Shown here: one piece after another, positions 23,901 through 38,950 of the stretch | How the letters are laid out: every line of letters begins with the position of its first letter | Numbering within the stretch: position 1 is the first letter of the stretch | NCBI GenBank assembly: GCA_964016885.1 | Contig: OZ024742.1 | Location: forward strand, 64,604,001-64,668,000 | From: Eledone cirrhosa | Taxonomy: Eukaryota | Length of the DNA: 64,000 bases | Direction of reading: 5' to 3' | The notes under the pieces: generated by a model | Told to the model about the DNA's origin: nothing | The model's input: only the letters and a program-made list of their open reading frames with translations | The model's database searches: none | Position numbers and translations under genes: made by a program

Positions 23901-23952
<52 letters not shown>

Positions 23953-24089
23953 GTATATATGTATATGTATATATATATAGGAGATGAATAAATTGGGTAT
24001 AATACCAGTTTGTTACCAAATACAAAGAACCACGATATATTAACCCCTTAGAAAAGGGCACAGCATAATTCTTAAAAATACTATATATA

Positions 24090-24330
24090 CAGTGGTGGTG
24101 GAACCGGGGGTGGTGGGTGCCTTCCTCCAATAATTATATTTTCTCCCCAAACTACCAAAATACGCATCTATTTGGATATGCTCTACAATTTATGTACATG
24201 TTATATTTATCGCACATCGAAGTTTTCTGACCATTTTAGAGTACAAAGAGCTAAACTAATCTCTACAACTAAATCCCCCCCCCCCCCACCCCCCCCCACC
24301 CATCATTCAGAAATGTTTCCACTGCTCCTC
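24090..24330. mobile_element. hAT-like MITE, degenerate
   Basis: CAGTGGTGGTGGAAC...GTTTCCACTGCTCCTC; paralog 56490-56729 ends TTCCAGCACCCCTG. Confidence 0.55.
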
Positions 24331-24356
24331 ATGTGTGTGTGTGTGTGTGTGTGTGT

Positions 24357-24436
<80 letters not shown>

Positions 24437-24447
24437 TTCGGTGTGTG

Positions 24448-24484
<37 letters not shown>

Positions 24485-24731
24485 CATTTATCTTAAACAA
24501 GACTCAGAATTAACTGCAAAAATTTTGCCTGGGAAAATACGCAAATGGTCATCTTTATTTTAAGGTACTACAATGTGATCTTCTCTATAGTTAATTCTGA
24601 GCCTTGTGTAAGAAAGATGTATATTTGTATTTATAAGCTTCTCGTAATTATGTTTTAAGCGATATATATATATATATATATATATCGCTTAAAACATAAT
24701 TCACACATACATATATGTGTGTGTGTGTGTG

Positions 24732-24807
<76 letters not shown>

Positions 24808-25008
24808 AATCTTAGACAGGAACAAAAACAGAGAAGCAGTACAAATATTGGTTTATTAGGTTCAGGCTTTTGAGAATATATATACATATAAACTATCCAA
24901 ACGGAACCTGAACCGATAAGGTCTGGTTTCTGGGATATGGCACTATTTATAAAACAAATTTTGTATTTTATCTGATGGGAGCGTACCAAAGTTTGGTAAT
25001 ATATATAA

Positions 25009-26031
<1,023 letters not shown>

Positions 26032-26167
26032 TAAAATAAATATGGTTTTATAAATATAGTTTCCAATTATTAATATCATTGATATTATACTCCAGAAAAC
26101 TTGTCGAGTGCTTCGAATCTGTTATAAATAAATTTGTTGAATTACCGGCAAATTAAATATCTCTTTG

Positions 26168-26206
<39 letters not shown>

Positions 26207-26876
26207 TATACACACACATGCATACACAGTTATACGATTTTTTTTTCTCTCTCCAAATTCCTCTACACTCGAAATGCGGGCGCAGTACCCACATTTTGTG
26301 TGTTTTGGGACACGCTTCTGGAATCAGATTTCGCTACCCCTTTTCTAATCGATCGCTGCTCCTGCATCGATCTGGGTAGGGAACTAATGTAGCGAAATCT
26401 GTCCACGCCTTGAACCTTGGGTGACACCTAAAGGTCAAAATCTAGGTCACCACCCTTTTGGTGTGAACAGGTTCATGCGTGGGCTATCCCCTCGAGGTGG
26501 GAGACAGAAAGCGACAGGTATATAAAGCCTGTATATTCCCCGGTTTGATACAGAGCGATCGGAGCAGTACGCTATTACAAGCTATGTGAAAGATTCACCG
26601 CTAGCTACAGGCCACAGTGGTCTACAGTCAACTACAGACCATTCAGAGGTCTACAGACCATTACTCTCTCTCTCTCACTATGGTCTCAGACTACACCAGC
26701 CTCATGAACCAAAAACAGAAATAACATTGTCAACCTTCGCAACTCGTGGTAATATGTTTATTGTTCTTTTTGATTGAAGTGAAGTAAACCTTTATATATA
26801 AAGTAAATCGGCCATTCTTGTTATTTCATCTAACAACCATGTTAATCCATCTAACAATCTCTTACTAATACCTTCG

Positions 26877-26956
<80 letters not shown>

Positions 26957-26973
26957 TGAGATTTTAGCATACG

Positions 26974-27036
<63 letters not shown>

Positions 27037-27189
27037 GTTGTGTGTGTGAGTGTATTTAAATTCTGTGATCCCACATGATGTTGGGTAGCAATCGTTTTCC
27101 GTCCTCCGTGTAACCACGGCTTCACTTTGGAATCTCCATATAGCATTGAGTGTTGAACACGGTTTACACCTACAATAACTGCAATTTAT

Positions 27190-27340
27190 TATATAGCCAA
27201 GCGTTATGGCCCTTTAAAGTCTGAGTTCAAATCCCGCCGAGGTTACCTTTGCCTTTCATCCTTACGGGGTCGATAAAATAAAGCACCAGTAATACACTGG
27301 GATAATTGCTGGCCTTGTGCCAAAAGTAGAAACAATTATC
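27190..27340 (+). mobile_element. Short SINE (abundant family)
   Basis: Same consensus as 10055-10226. Confidence 0.8.
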
Positions 27341-27404
27341 TTACTGAGATAGCTGTGACATTATCACAGCTAAAAACATTCATAGTGAGACTGATAAATG
27401 TTTA

Positions 27405-30400
27405 CTAGCAGAGGTACCCGACAATACCCGACTATTTTATGAAAGGGTAGTGACCTACATTCCGAGGGCTCATGGATACATTCTCCGTACGTCGTTTGGC
27501 TCAGTTCAGCCAATCGCTACCAGCGTAGGAAAATGTATCTCAACTTCCGCCCAGAGGGAAAAATTCTCGCTTCTATTAAAAAATCTCTCTTGCAGCTCGT
27601 AAAGGTAAACATCTCTTGCTTTCGTTCCTCAAGCATAGACAATATGTAGCAACAAATATCACTACGGGTCTGGCTAATGCCTCAGCCAGTTGACCGTACC
27701 TCCTTAAACTCTTATTTTGACTATTCATTTCTCTTGGCATGCCAGCTAAACCTTTGTAATCTGTTTGTAAATAAATTATATATTATAAACATTATAAAGT
27801 CGTATGATGCTATTTTCCACAACATTGCTTTTAACATCTTCAATGGTGACTTCTGTGATACACACATTATCAACACATACAATCACCTATTTCTAAAAAA
27901 GTAACAATATATTTTGGCACATATTACAAAATATTTGACAAAAAAAATAGGATTATCGTATTTTCACTAAAATAGGAATTATAGCAGGATCTTCATTGTC
28001 ACTTGTTCAATGCAAAACATCTAGATAAAAACATTATTAGGTTTATCCAGTTGTGTTGTTTTGAATACTGCTTCCTTTTACAGCCAGCATATATAATGCT
28101 TCGCCCATATAAATCATTAGGTATGTTGTCAGTGGAAAGGGCAGGACCAATAATTAAATTTAGAGTGTTATACTTATCATTTTCTTTACACAATCAGAAC
28201 CTCAGAAATTCAAAACAACACTCAAATGCTATTTTGAAAACCATAAATTAAATAAAATAAAAAAATAAAGTTAGCATTGCCTTACAGGCAGAGTTTGTCT
28301 GAAATCAGTAGCAAGAACCATTGTCACTCCTCCCGTTATGCAAGTATTGTCTCTCAGATCCCTTATTGTCCGGTCTAAGACTTCAACTGTTCCTTCATGC
28401 TCCATGGTGGCTTCATCCCAAATTATTATCTTACATGTTTGCAGGAGCTTGTCCCTGGGTGAGTTCTTGTTCATGCCTTGTGGAGTCTATGTGCAGCTTA
28501 AACATGGAGTGTGCAATTCTTCCTCCATCCAGAAGTGTTGCTGCAATGCCACTTGAAGCCACAGCAAGGAGGAGGTTTATGAGGAATGTCTTACCTATGT
28601 CAGTAGGATCATCGATGAATAAAAGCCCACCCCCTGTAATTTTCAATGTTTTCCATGATATTGTGGTAAGTATGTTTTTGATCATCCACCAGTCAAAGTT
28701 CATTTTCATCCACAAACTTACGCAAGCCTCGAAATCGTAGTTTGTCTCCTGAAAAAATTCCTCCATTTCTTCATCTGGTTCTGGCACCCACAATTAGCTA
28801 ATATACTATTTATTGCCTGAACTCGGTGAGACAAGTCGCAGAGAGCTTGATTATAAATCCCGAGGGAACATTTCATATATATAGTGTCATGATGTCTTCA
28901 GGGTAGGTGTAGATAGTCATCCGACATACTGTTTTTGTACTCCTGCCAGAGTAGATGAACTTCAATTCTACATGCTGTGAGCATAATAGCAAACAACTGT
29001 CTTATTTGACTGGCTACTCAAGTGACTGCTGCTTCTTCTAAGTTTTTTTTCCAATGCCCGTTATCATGCAGGAGTCCATGATGTTTATATGCTTCTTGGT
29101 ATGTTGCGCACACCCTTCCTCCGAAGCACCTGAGATCCTCAAATGACGTTGGTCCTCGAACGAAAGATAAAACATTCTCTGTTGTTGGGGTGGATATTGT
29201 AAACACTCCCAATAGCATCACTCGCCTTGACTTCATGGCCTTCCACTAAATTACCCTGCTTCCTTAGATTCCAGGTTTTACAATTCGTCCAGGTGTAGTA
29301 TGTTGGAATCACAGTATACAAGAGGGATTGAACAAATTCATCATTCTGGCAGAGTTTAAAAAAAGTGGTTAGAGTAGTACCAGGTTATACTTGTGCCAAC
29401 TGATGAGCAGTGGTTTCAGTGAAGCACATTCTCTGTCCATTCTCCAGATGGATCGCTAGGCTGACCAATTTTGGGTAGCGTTGGTGCATATCAAATCCAA
29501 AGATCAGCCAGGTAGCTTCATTGTTGGATATGTATCGACCTGCCTGATATGGCTTGACCTCATCCAACTCACCATCATTGAATTCCTTGTTAGTAACAAA
29601 TGTAGCCACGTCACTGCCCTTGTTGATATATTTTGTGACATATAGTATTGCTTTGACGGAGCTGCAATACTCAACATTGAAATGGTTCTTTAGGAGTTCG
29701 CACAAAATCAGAAACATAACGATTGTCTATGGTCAGCTCCTCACTTCAACCTGTTAGGTTTGCAGTATTGCCTCTGTGTTCTGGCTTACGCCCACGACAA
29801 AAGAGATATCCATCATTGTCAGAATGAGTTTCCCGAATAAAAGCTCTAGGATAATTTGTGCAGCATTTTTAATCTTGCAGATAGGGTGAGGCTGGATTGA
29901 TGCCTCCACGGAGATCATGGATGTGTTTGGACTTGATGGTTTCAAAGAGCTCTGGATTGCAACATTTATCGGGCAACTCCGCTGAAATGATTTTGTCGAC
30001 ATCATTCTGTGTTATCTTCTCCTTGGACCAGATTAGTGTTTGAAAGTGAGGAACTCCTCTCTTCTGCCATTCATTAGTGGTCATCCAGACACTAAGCTTA
30101 CCAAAGATTGTTCCTTCCTTTAGGATCCAAAGGAGTTTTTTTTTGTTTTGTTTTTGCTTTTCGTGGAACATCTGAGCAATGAGGTCGTGTCAATTCTTTG
30201 GTTTCTGATTTTGAAATAGTTCACTGGATATTTCTGTCCAGTTTGAGTTTCATGTAAATGTAACGAAAAGACCCGGCCGACCAAATTTTCTTAGGTCACC
30301 ATCAGAATTGACGGCACCTCTAAGGTGGATGTAGTTCTTTTCCCTCAAAGTACTTTGATTCCTTCGCAGGAAACCCAATCTTTCTGATTCTATTTTGGCA

Positions 30401-30980
30401 TACATGTCCACCATGAATTGACTGGTTACTTTTTGGTTTCTTCTTGGAATCGCAGAACTTTGTTGAAGTGATGCCATACCATAAAATGATAGACATAGAA
30501 TTCTTTGTAGATGATTAATTGGCCAGTTTCTTCTCCTGTTCCTATGTTGATTTGCCGTAGCTGAAAATGATATCCATCTTGACCGTCCCAGAAGAAGAGC
30601 AGGTATTGGAGTGAGTCATAGGCCCTATGAGTTTCACTCCAAACGTCCACTTCGTTTTTACAAAACAATGTCACGTCGTTCATGCTGTTCATCAATCTCT
30701 TTTGAGAGCCACAAAAAAAAAAAACACCAACCAGCCAGTTCGTGTTTCTCGTGGCTTGTGCTCTTGTCGGACAGTAGAACGATGTGCTTGATCAGCATTT
30801 CGTCAATTTGCTGCTTTTCCTCAATTTGTTGTTCTCGTGTAGCAGCAGCCCTTTGTCTTTTTTCATCCAAATGTCCACTTCTAATTTCTGTGCTCGTGCT
30901 AAAGTTGTTTGGGTTGTTAGCAGCTAGACGGAGTTTCTTCACTTTCTTCAGATCGTTTTACTTCCTTTGTCTTGGCCTCT
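27405..30980 (-). mobile_element. Decayed autonomous Helitron (Rep/PIF1 helicase)
   Basis: Fragments HRAYDSLQYLLFFWDGQDGY, QFMVDMYAKIESERL, EWQKRGVPH (HUH), NVEYCSSVKAILYVTKYINKGSD, GKTFLINLLL, SSGIAATLLDGGRIAHS, IIWDEATM, DFRQTLPV. 3' CTAG at 27405-27408 resembles the 25009 end; 5' limit uncertain. Confidence 0.88.
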
Positions 30981-31401
30981 GAAGATAACATTCCATGGTG
31001 TATGAGGTGTAGTTAGTTTTAGACATACGTAAAAAATGTTTGGATTACAGAATCGTTCGTTTTTCCCCAAAAAACACATGAAAAAGCTACGGTAAAAATA
31101 TTTGTGCTAATTCAAATAACATTGGTAAAAAATAATGAACGAATTATCTGGCAACATAATATATATTTTATGTATATTATTGATTTTGCCAGTAGTAAAA
31201 TGAAGAGACGATGGTGTTTCTAACTCTTGTAAAACCAAATAAAGCAATAAAATATACACCTTCTGCTTTATTTAACTGTAGAGAGAGAGTGTGTGAGAGA
31301 GAGAGAGTTGAAGAACGAAGACACACATACATACATGAACGCACGCACACACACACACGCGTGCGCACATATATATGCATATATATATATATATATATAC
31401 A

Positions 31402-31464
<63 letters not shown>

Positions 31465-31523
31465 ATGTATGTATATAGTTAATAAATGAAACAAACATTA
31501 CTTTTCCACCTTAAAGTATATAA

Positions 31524-31635
31524 TTGTTTCTACTATTGGCACAAGGCCAGCAATTACCCAGTAAATTACTGGTACTTTATTTTATCGACCCCGAAAGGAT
31601 GAAAGGCAAAGTTAACCTCGGCGGGATTTGAACTC
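31524..31635 (-). mobile_element. 5'-truncated short SINE with TSD AAAGTATATAA
   Basis: TSD on both sides; an empty paralogous site lies at ~32188-32230. Confidence 0.8.
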
Positions 31636-32350
31636 AAAGTATATAATGTTTCCTAAATAGTATGTGCTTTTTATATATATGTACAAAATGTTATGTATTT
31701 CTCTAATGATATATGGATATATACATATATTTTTTTTAATTTGAATTATTGATGCTCTGGACAAACGTCCATTGAGCTTTTCTTTTTTACTGAAAAATAT
31801 TTTCATCATACATATTATATATATTCTGATATTTTAAATTAGTATATATCTGTTCAAAATTTCTAATTTGTTGAGCAGCTTGTACTGTGACTTGTACATC
31901 GGACCCCTTTATAGCTGACGCGACGTCCAGTCCTATATATATCTGCCATCAATGTTAAAAATGAATTCACCCCATGTAGTTTGGATTTACTATTTCTCGG
32001 AACATGACAAATATATAGGTATTTTGTATTTTATTGGAACTTATAACAAGACGTTTTTCCTCTGACGATTAGTTCTACGTTTCCCGGAGCTATACCAAAA
32101 TCAATAGTTGGTAATCGATAATCGATTACATAGATCGATTTTCCATCCGGTATAGGAACTGTGAAACAGCGCCGTAAAGAATATTACTTTTCCACTTAAA
32201 GGTATATACTGTTTCCTAAAGATTATATGCTTTTTATATATATGTACAAAATAATGTGTTTCTCTAATGATATATGGAGATATACATATATTTCTATATT
32301 TGAATTCTATATCTATATCTATAAACGAATATATATATTATATATATATA

Positions 32351-33410
32351 TAACGAAGGAGTTGTGGTAAGGAACCAGATGGACCATAACGCACCAGAGT
32401 ACTCAATACTTAGGGTAGTAGAGTGGGTAATAGGAGAAAGTATGACCCCGACGGCAGAGCTCAAGCCGTTTCAACGGCTATTTCTGGACCGGTCTAGGAT
32501 GTTTTTACTGATTCTCCCTATGTCCGACTTCGTCGGGTTTATAAGCCTGATGGATGGTTTGCGGTCGAAGTCGGATTTGTGGTCCTTCAGTGTGAAGTAG
32601 GGGGTCCATGGGTCGAGGGGTTCAGTGCGGTCTGCGACCCCGAAGTTAGAGGTAATTTGTTGTCCCTCTAGGTTTATGTCCTCGATAATTGAGTGGTTAG
32701 CCTTTTTTAGGTGGAGTTTAGGCTGCTCCTGATCAGTGTGTGGTATCTGTCCGGGTTCACGAAATAGAGGTTTCCAGTTTTGTCCGAGTGCACCAGGATG
32801 TCGTTGGTGCTTTCATACTCCGTTATTTTGCTACGGAGTTGTTGTAGGAATCGGTTGTGCCTGGGTTTGAATTTAATACCCTTGACCAGTTGGAAAAGGT
32901 CGTTCTCGAATGGTGAGAGCATAGGGTTCGGTGGGGGAGATTTGTAGGTAATGAATCTGAATCTCTCCTTGGTGTCGAAGTCCTGGTTGTCACAGTATCT
33001 ATCATAGAAAAAAGTTCTCCATCTAAGTCTTTTCGCAAAAAGGTCGATTTTTTGCGTGAGCATCCGAAGGTAAAGTTTTCTCGGTGGAATTGGGATGTTC
33101 TTGGTGGAGAAGTCGATATTGTGTTTTCGCATGGTGCGGGTAAAGAAACTTGAGCTGGATGGAAAAGTCAGGATATGGCGTGGTAGGGTCGGAAAGTGCT
33201 CTACAACTGGGGTAGGAGTTAGATAACGAAGGATTTGTGGTAAGGAACCAGATGGACCATAACACACCAGAGTACTCAATACTTAGGGTAGTAGAGTGGG
33301 TAATAGGAGAAAGTATGGCCCCGACGGCAGAGCTCAAACCGTTTCGACGGCTATTTCTGGACCCGAAATAGCCGTCGAAACGGGTTAAGCTCTGCCGTCG
33401 GGGTCATACT

Positions 33411-33413
<3 letters not shown>
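32351..33413 (-). mobile_element. Internally deleted Naiad-type PLE with two direct pLTRs and a fold-back end
   Basis: ORF 32707-33279 has FSTKNIPIP..KRLRW..HSDKTGN (homologous to 2811+); 32351-32491 is repeated at 33223-33363; palindrome 33308-33413. Confidence 0.85.
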
Positions 33414-33509
<96 letters not shown>

Positions 33510-33707
33510 TTTTTTCTCGCGAGTCAGTTCTTTCGTTGCTACGGTCCCCGCGGCTGAATTACCGGTCGCTATCTTCAATTTGCAAAGCCCTTTAAACGGT
33601 ATGTTATTACTCTAAGGTTTTATACCTTATCGAGTGCTTGGCTGCACTTCTGATTGCATTCGTCGTCTTAGCAGCGGCTCGAGCTTCGAATATGCTGTAC
33701 TTCCATT

Positions 33708-33771
<64 letters not shown>

Positions 33772-33829
33772 AGACGTAAAATAAGAAAATTTCTTTAAAA
33801 AAATTTTTTTTTAAAATTAACTTACTTAA

Positions 33830-33862
<33 letters not shown>

Positions 33863-33866
<4 letters not shown>

Positions 33867-34490
33867 CGGAAAAAATAAAACGAAATTTCATTTCCCACTC
33901 TTAGTACGGCTGTTACTTAAATATAAGTATGTACACGTACATACATATATGTATACAGACGTACAGTAGTATGTATATATACATACATGCACACATATAT
34001 ATATGTACGTATGGATTCACCTAACATTTATTATAATGCTCGGTGTGTTTGTAAACAAACATCCCGTATTAAGCCGTAGTGTCCAGCAACCATCGTTGCT
34101 CGTTTGTTCAATACTGACAAAGGAACGCTGTACTAGTTTCAAGCTTATTAGCTATCGTCAGCAACGTATACCTTCCTGTCAGATTGTTGAACGTATATAC
34201 TTACCTTATGCATATTAACGACTGAGTAGCTCAATTTGCATATCGAGTGGGTTAATCGGCCGGGTGCACCGAAAACGATAAACGGAAAAAATGAAACGAA
34301 ATTTCATTTCCCACTCTTAGTACGGCTGTTACTTAAATATAAGTATGTACACGTACATACATATATGTATACAGACGTACAGTAGTATGTATATATATAT
34401 ACATACATGCACACATATATATATGTACGTATGGATTCACCGAACATTTATTATAATGCTCGGTGTGTTTGTAAACAAACATCCCGTATT
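33863..34490 (-). mobile_element. Hammerhead family A: ~1.5 head-to-tail units (period ~417 bp)
   Basis: 33865-34070 is repeated at 34282-34490, with the hammerhead between. Confidence 0.85.
34125..34167 (-). ncRNA. Minimal type I hammerhead ribozyme (family A)
   Basis: Minus: ACGTTG CTGACGA tAGCT aata AGCTt GAAA CTAG TA CAGCGT. Confidence 0.88.
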
Positions 34491-35520
34491 GTGAGATGAA
34501 CATATTTTGCACGATACAGTACTGCCCTTTTAAAATACCTTCAATTCAGAGAGCAGTGAGTGTGGATGTAATTACAAAGTTGCTCTAGCCTATTTATGTT
34601 TGTGATAGATGTTGTCATTGTATCAGCATGACTGCATGTATTTAGACTTGTAATTGTATTTACGTTTGTATTTGTACTGGTGTTTATGTTTGTGTATATA
34701 TGCATTTGCACCAGGGCTTATGTTTGTGCCGATATCTATATTTATGTTTGAGCTTGTGTTTATGATATCATGATTAGTTGAAATAGTGTATATATCAGTG
34801 AGTTCGTTGGAGCTAGTATTTGTGCTTATATTAGGGCTTCTGTTTGTATTATTATATATTTTTATTTCTGTACTGTTATCCGTGTTGGTGCAGGCAATTA
34901 CATTTATATTGGTGTTTATGTTCATACTTCTCTTTGTATGTACGATTGTATTTATATATGTGTATATCTGTGGATATTTCTATTTGTTAACATTTGAGGC
35001 CGTATTTTTATAGGTATGCGTTTGTATATTAGAATATTCTTTTACTTTTTTCAGTCATCGGGATGAAACTATACTTTTTTTCTGTTAATTCTTGATAATA
35101 AGGTAGCTAGGTTTTCAGTACAGCTATAACTAACCTTTACGGTATTTTTGTTAAAACGTTTAATTGGGGAAACGCTTATTCATAGGGTTAAGAAGTTTTT
35201 CACTATGTTAGAGACAACATTTAAACTGAAAGGGGGATTGCACCACAGAATATTTTTTGTGTGTACGTATTATTATGATATTGTATTGTTTATAATATAT
35301 TTTATCAATGAATCTACTCCCCGCTAAGGCGTTGTTATAATAGTAAGTGATATTGTTAAATGATTCTTCATCAAATGAAATAATTGAAATGTATTTACTT
35401 ATGCTGCTAAGTTTTTATCTCTACCGAGGTGGGGATAGATAATTCATTTATATATATTTATATATTTACTTGTAACCAGATTTAATGTTATATCTAGAAA
35501 ATTAACAACTTTAATGTCGG
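34491..35520 (-). pseudogene. Decayed Naiad-type PLE fragment (RT thumb, Asn/Thr-rich linker, start of GIY-YIG)
   Basis: Minus-strand remnants VVNFLDITLNL, YYNNALAG, ILWCNPPFSLNV, FNKNTVKVSYSC, AVLYRAK. Confidence 0.75.
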
Positions 35521-35629
35521 GATTATCTCTTATCTTTGAAGGATGTATAATTGTTTCTATGTATATGCATATGTGTATATATGTATGCATATGCAATTAT
35601 CTATGTAGGTACATGTGAATGTGTAGTTT

Positions 35630-35910
35630 TGAGTGTGAGGCTATGTGGGATAGTGTAAAGCTATACAGGGCTATATGTGGCTATGTGAGGCTGTGTGACG
35701 CTATGTGAAGCTGAATGAGGGTGTGGAGGGACTTTGTACGTCTATGTGGAGACAGTGTGTGACTGTGCGAGGTTGTGTGGAGCTGTGTGTGGGACAGTGA
35801 AGGATTGTAAAGAGCTATGTGAAGCTGTGTGAAGCTATGTGTGGTTAGAGCTCCATGGAACTGTTGAGCTGTGTGGGGTTGAGAGTAAGTGGGGATATGT
35901 GAGGCTCACT
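35630..35910. repeat. Degenerate ~10 bp tandem repeat (GCTATGTGAG-like)
   Basis: Visible 10-periodicity. Confidence 0.7.
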
Positions 35911-37190
35911 TTAATTTATTTAAAAAACATTCAATAGAATTACATAGGAGTCTATTCTCAGATCTCATGAGTTCGATTCTCGAACCGGGTGGCACATTCT
36001 GTCCACTTTATTTCACCTTTCTTCAGTAAATTCAGCTAGGAAAAAAAAAAAAGAAATTCTAAGACTCGGCTTTGTCACACACTATGTCATACTGAATTCC
36101 TCCGAGAACTACATTAAGGCAGAGGCGTAACAAGGCAAAATAGTGCCAATGGCAAGCAGTGAAATTGTGCCTCCGCCCAAACATCTGACACCCATCTTTC
36201 AGATAACCATATAAGCATAACATCAGCTCAAAAATGTCAATCACGTTCGTTAATTTTTTAATCTTTGACAAATATTAGACCCTATTAAAATATTTGTCAA
36301 GTCATACTATGAGGTATATCTATGTAGCCATGTAGTTCCCAGTACTCTCTTTTTACCTATAGGCCTAATAATTTATATAAATGGTTTAATAATCCAGCCA
36401 CCATAGTGCTTCTCACCCATGATAGATCATACATCTCTGAAGAAGTTTCTTTTTCACTCTCTGACGATAGCTTATCTGACTTTAATAGAAAGTGCTCCTA
36501 GTCCAAGTGGTCCCCCCCCCCCTTCAAGTGACATCCATGGCACGTGCCATTCTTGCCATACCCTAGTTACTCCTCTGCATTAAGGGCACACGTGTCTGAA
36601 ATGCTCATCCACTAACACACTAATTTCATGAGCAGGATGTTTTGTTGATCAAACAATTGGATCTCCGTCGTCGAAACTGACGGAGGTCCAACATACATAT
36701 ATAACTTTCTTTTTATTTGCCATAGATATATTCACAGACCTGGCGTTTATTTGAAATATCGTCATATACCATTTGCTCCCTGCTCTCACCACTCTCCAAA
36801 TCTTGCAGGTTTGCGCGGTCGGAATCAACAATATCAACAATATATGACCTCCCCTGTTCCCCAAACAGACCCCCCCCCCCCCTTTCACTGCTACCATCTA
36901 CACTATTCCACCCCACAGGTTCCTAGCACTAGTCTGAAGCTTTACTGAATAGTTTTTTTCACATTTTGTCAAAAGCCGTCCCGATATTTGCTAACGACTT
37001 AACAAATCTCTCATGCTGCTGTTGTTGTTGTTGTTGTTGCTGGTGGTGGCGGTGGTGGTGATGGCGGCGGTGGCGGTGGTATAATTGTTTCATTTCAGCC
37101 ACACCTTCTATACACTTTACTAAATCGAATTCGATTTGAGATTATTTAATTTTCTTTTTATTTATTCTTTTTTTTTAAATATTGTTTGAT

Positions 37191-37234
<44 letters not shown>

Positions 37235-37258
37235 TTAATAGGTGGTTCATACATGTAC

Positions 37259-37339
<81 letters not shown>

Positions 37340-37478
37340 CATATATATATATATCACACACACACACACGTATATATACATATATACATTACACACACAC
37401 ATACATACATGCGTACGTACATAAATAGATACATAGATACATACATACATATTAAGAAAAAAGCGATGAAGTTTCTTT

Positions 37479-37519
<41 letters not shown>

Positions 37520-38077
37520 TTTCTATGTCCCCCCCCCCCCCTGTGCCGCCTGGCTCTTCCCCTACCCCGACCCCACCCAGTCAGGCACTGACCTGACAAG
37601 GATGTGAACAAATCTCCTCACTATTGACTTATCTATCAATGGCAGGATTTGGGCTGAGATTTACAGTTTTGCTCACTTTTCTTAGAAATCTCGGCAAAAG
37701 AATCAACAAGATAAATAATATAAAAGAGAAAAATAACAAACAAACGGGGAGAGGAAGGGGAGGAGGGGCAGTGGGATAGAAAATAGTTTAAAACAAAACA
37801 GTAAAGGAAAGAGTTGGAAAGAATGGGAGAGAGAGAGAGAATGAGAGAGAATGAGAAAGAAAGAGAGAGAGAACAATGGGAGAGAGAGAGAGAGAGAGAA
37901 GGAGAGAGAGAGAACAATGGGAGAGAGGGATGCAAGAAAGAGAGCGATGTGAGACAGAGAGAGAGCGATGTGAGAGAGGGATGAGAAAGAGAGAGGCAGA
38001 GTGATGGGAGAGATATGAGAGAAAGAGAGAGAGAGAGAGATGAGAGAGAGAGGGGGGGGGACAGAGCGATGGGGGAG

Positions 38078-38120
<43 letters not shown>

Positions 38121-38145
38121 GAGAGAGAGAAAGAGAGAGAGAGAC

Positions 38146-38180
<35 letters not shown>

Positions 38181-38368
38181 AAGAAAGAAGGAAGGAAATA
38201 AAAGTTAGTGTCTCACTTTTTCATTCACTCTCCCCCATCTCTCTTTCTTATAATATCCTTCACCCTCAACCTCTAGCTCTTTTCCTCTATGACGCCCCCT
38301 CTCAGTCTCTCTCTATCATCCTCTCCCCTATACAAATCCCCCCTCCACCCCACCCGTTCTCTCTCACT

Positions 38369-38484
38369 TCTAAGTTCAAATCCCGCCGAGGTTAACTTTG
38401 CCTTTCATCCTTACGAGGGTCGATAAAATAAAGTACCAGTAATGCACTGGGTAATTGCTGGCCTTGTGCCAAAACAATTATTAT
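38369..38484 (+). mobile_element. Short SINE (abundant family)
   Basis: Same consensus. Confidence 0.8.
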
Positions 38485-38950
38485 TACACCCAGAAATGGG
38501 CTGAGACGAAGCTGTTTTGGGAAAAGTTGATCTGTGGTGGCAAACACCTATATTGCCTCGGTCGTTGTTTACCGCCTAACTGTCAAGCTCTGCCCCAGCT
38601 CTCTTCTGACTAGACTGGAGCATCTGCTCATCTGCTTTTTGAGTAAGAGGCGTGTCCTATTGGCCAGATAGTCTATCTACTGCCAATACCATCCATGGTA
38701 TACAATGACTGCTGATGCACTGACATGCTCTAAGGTTGCAGCATTTGCAGAGATCTTTAGCTGGTGAACGTGTATGGTTCACGAGGCATGTTTTTCCACA
38801 ACACGTCTTCTTGTCCGAGCGGCAACACTAGGTCAAGCAAAGATCGAAACCGGGCATTTGGCATTTAGAATGTTGTCAAGCGCTCAGAGATATCTACCAG
38901 TTTTGGCAACATAATCAGTGTAAGTTCCACTGTAGCAATATATATATAGG

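Larger units (their letters stand above)
23131..23903. mobile_element. Hammerhead family A: full inverted unit plus 5'-truncated direct unit
   Basis: 23131-23552 is one permuted unit on minus; 23551-23903 is on plus; (TA)n flanks. Confidence 0.85.

Noticed and set aside
32062-32110. CTGACGA with a possible stem II
   Set aside because: GAAA is absent (CAAAA) and stem I is unsupported; at best a dead remnant.
38490-38930. Non-repetitive-looking stretch as a host exon
   Set aside because: No sustained ORF or recognisable motif; left unassigned.
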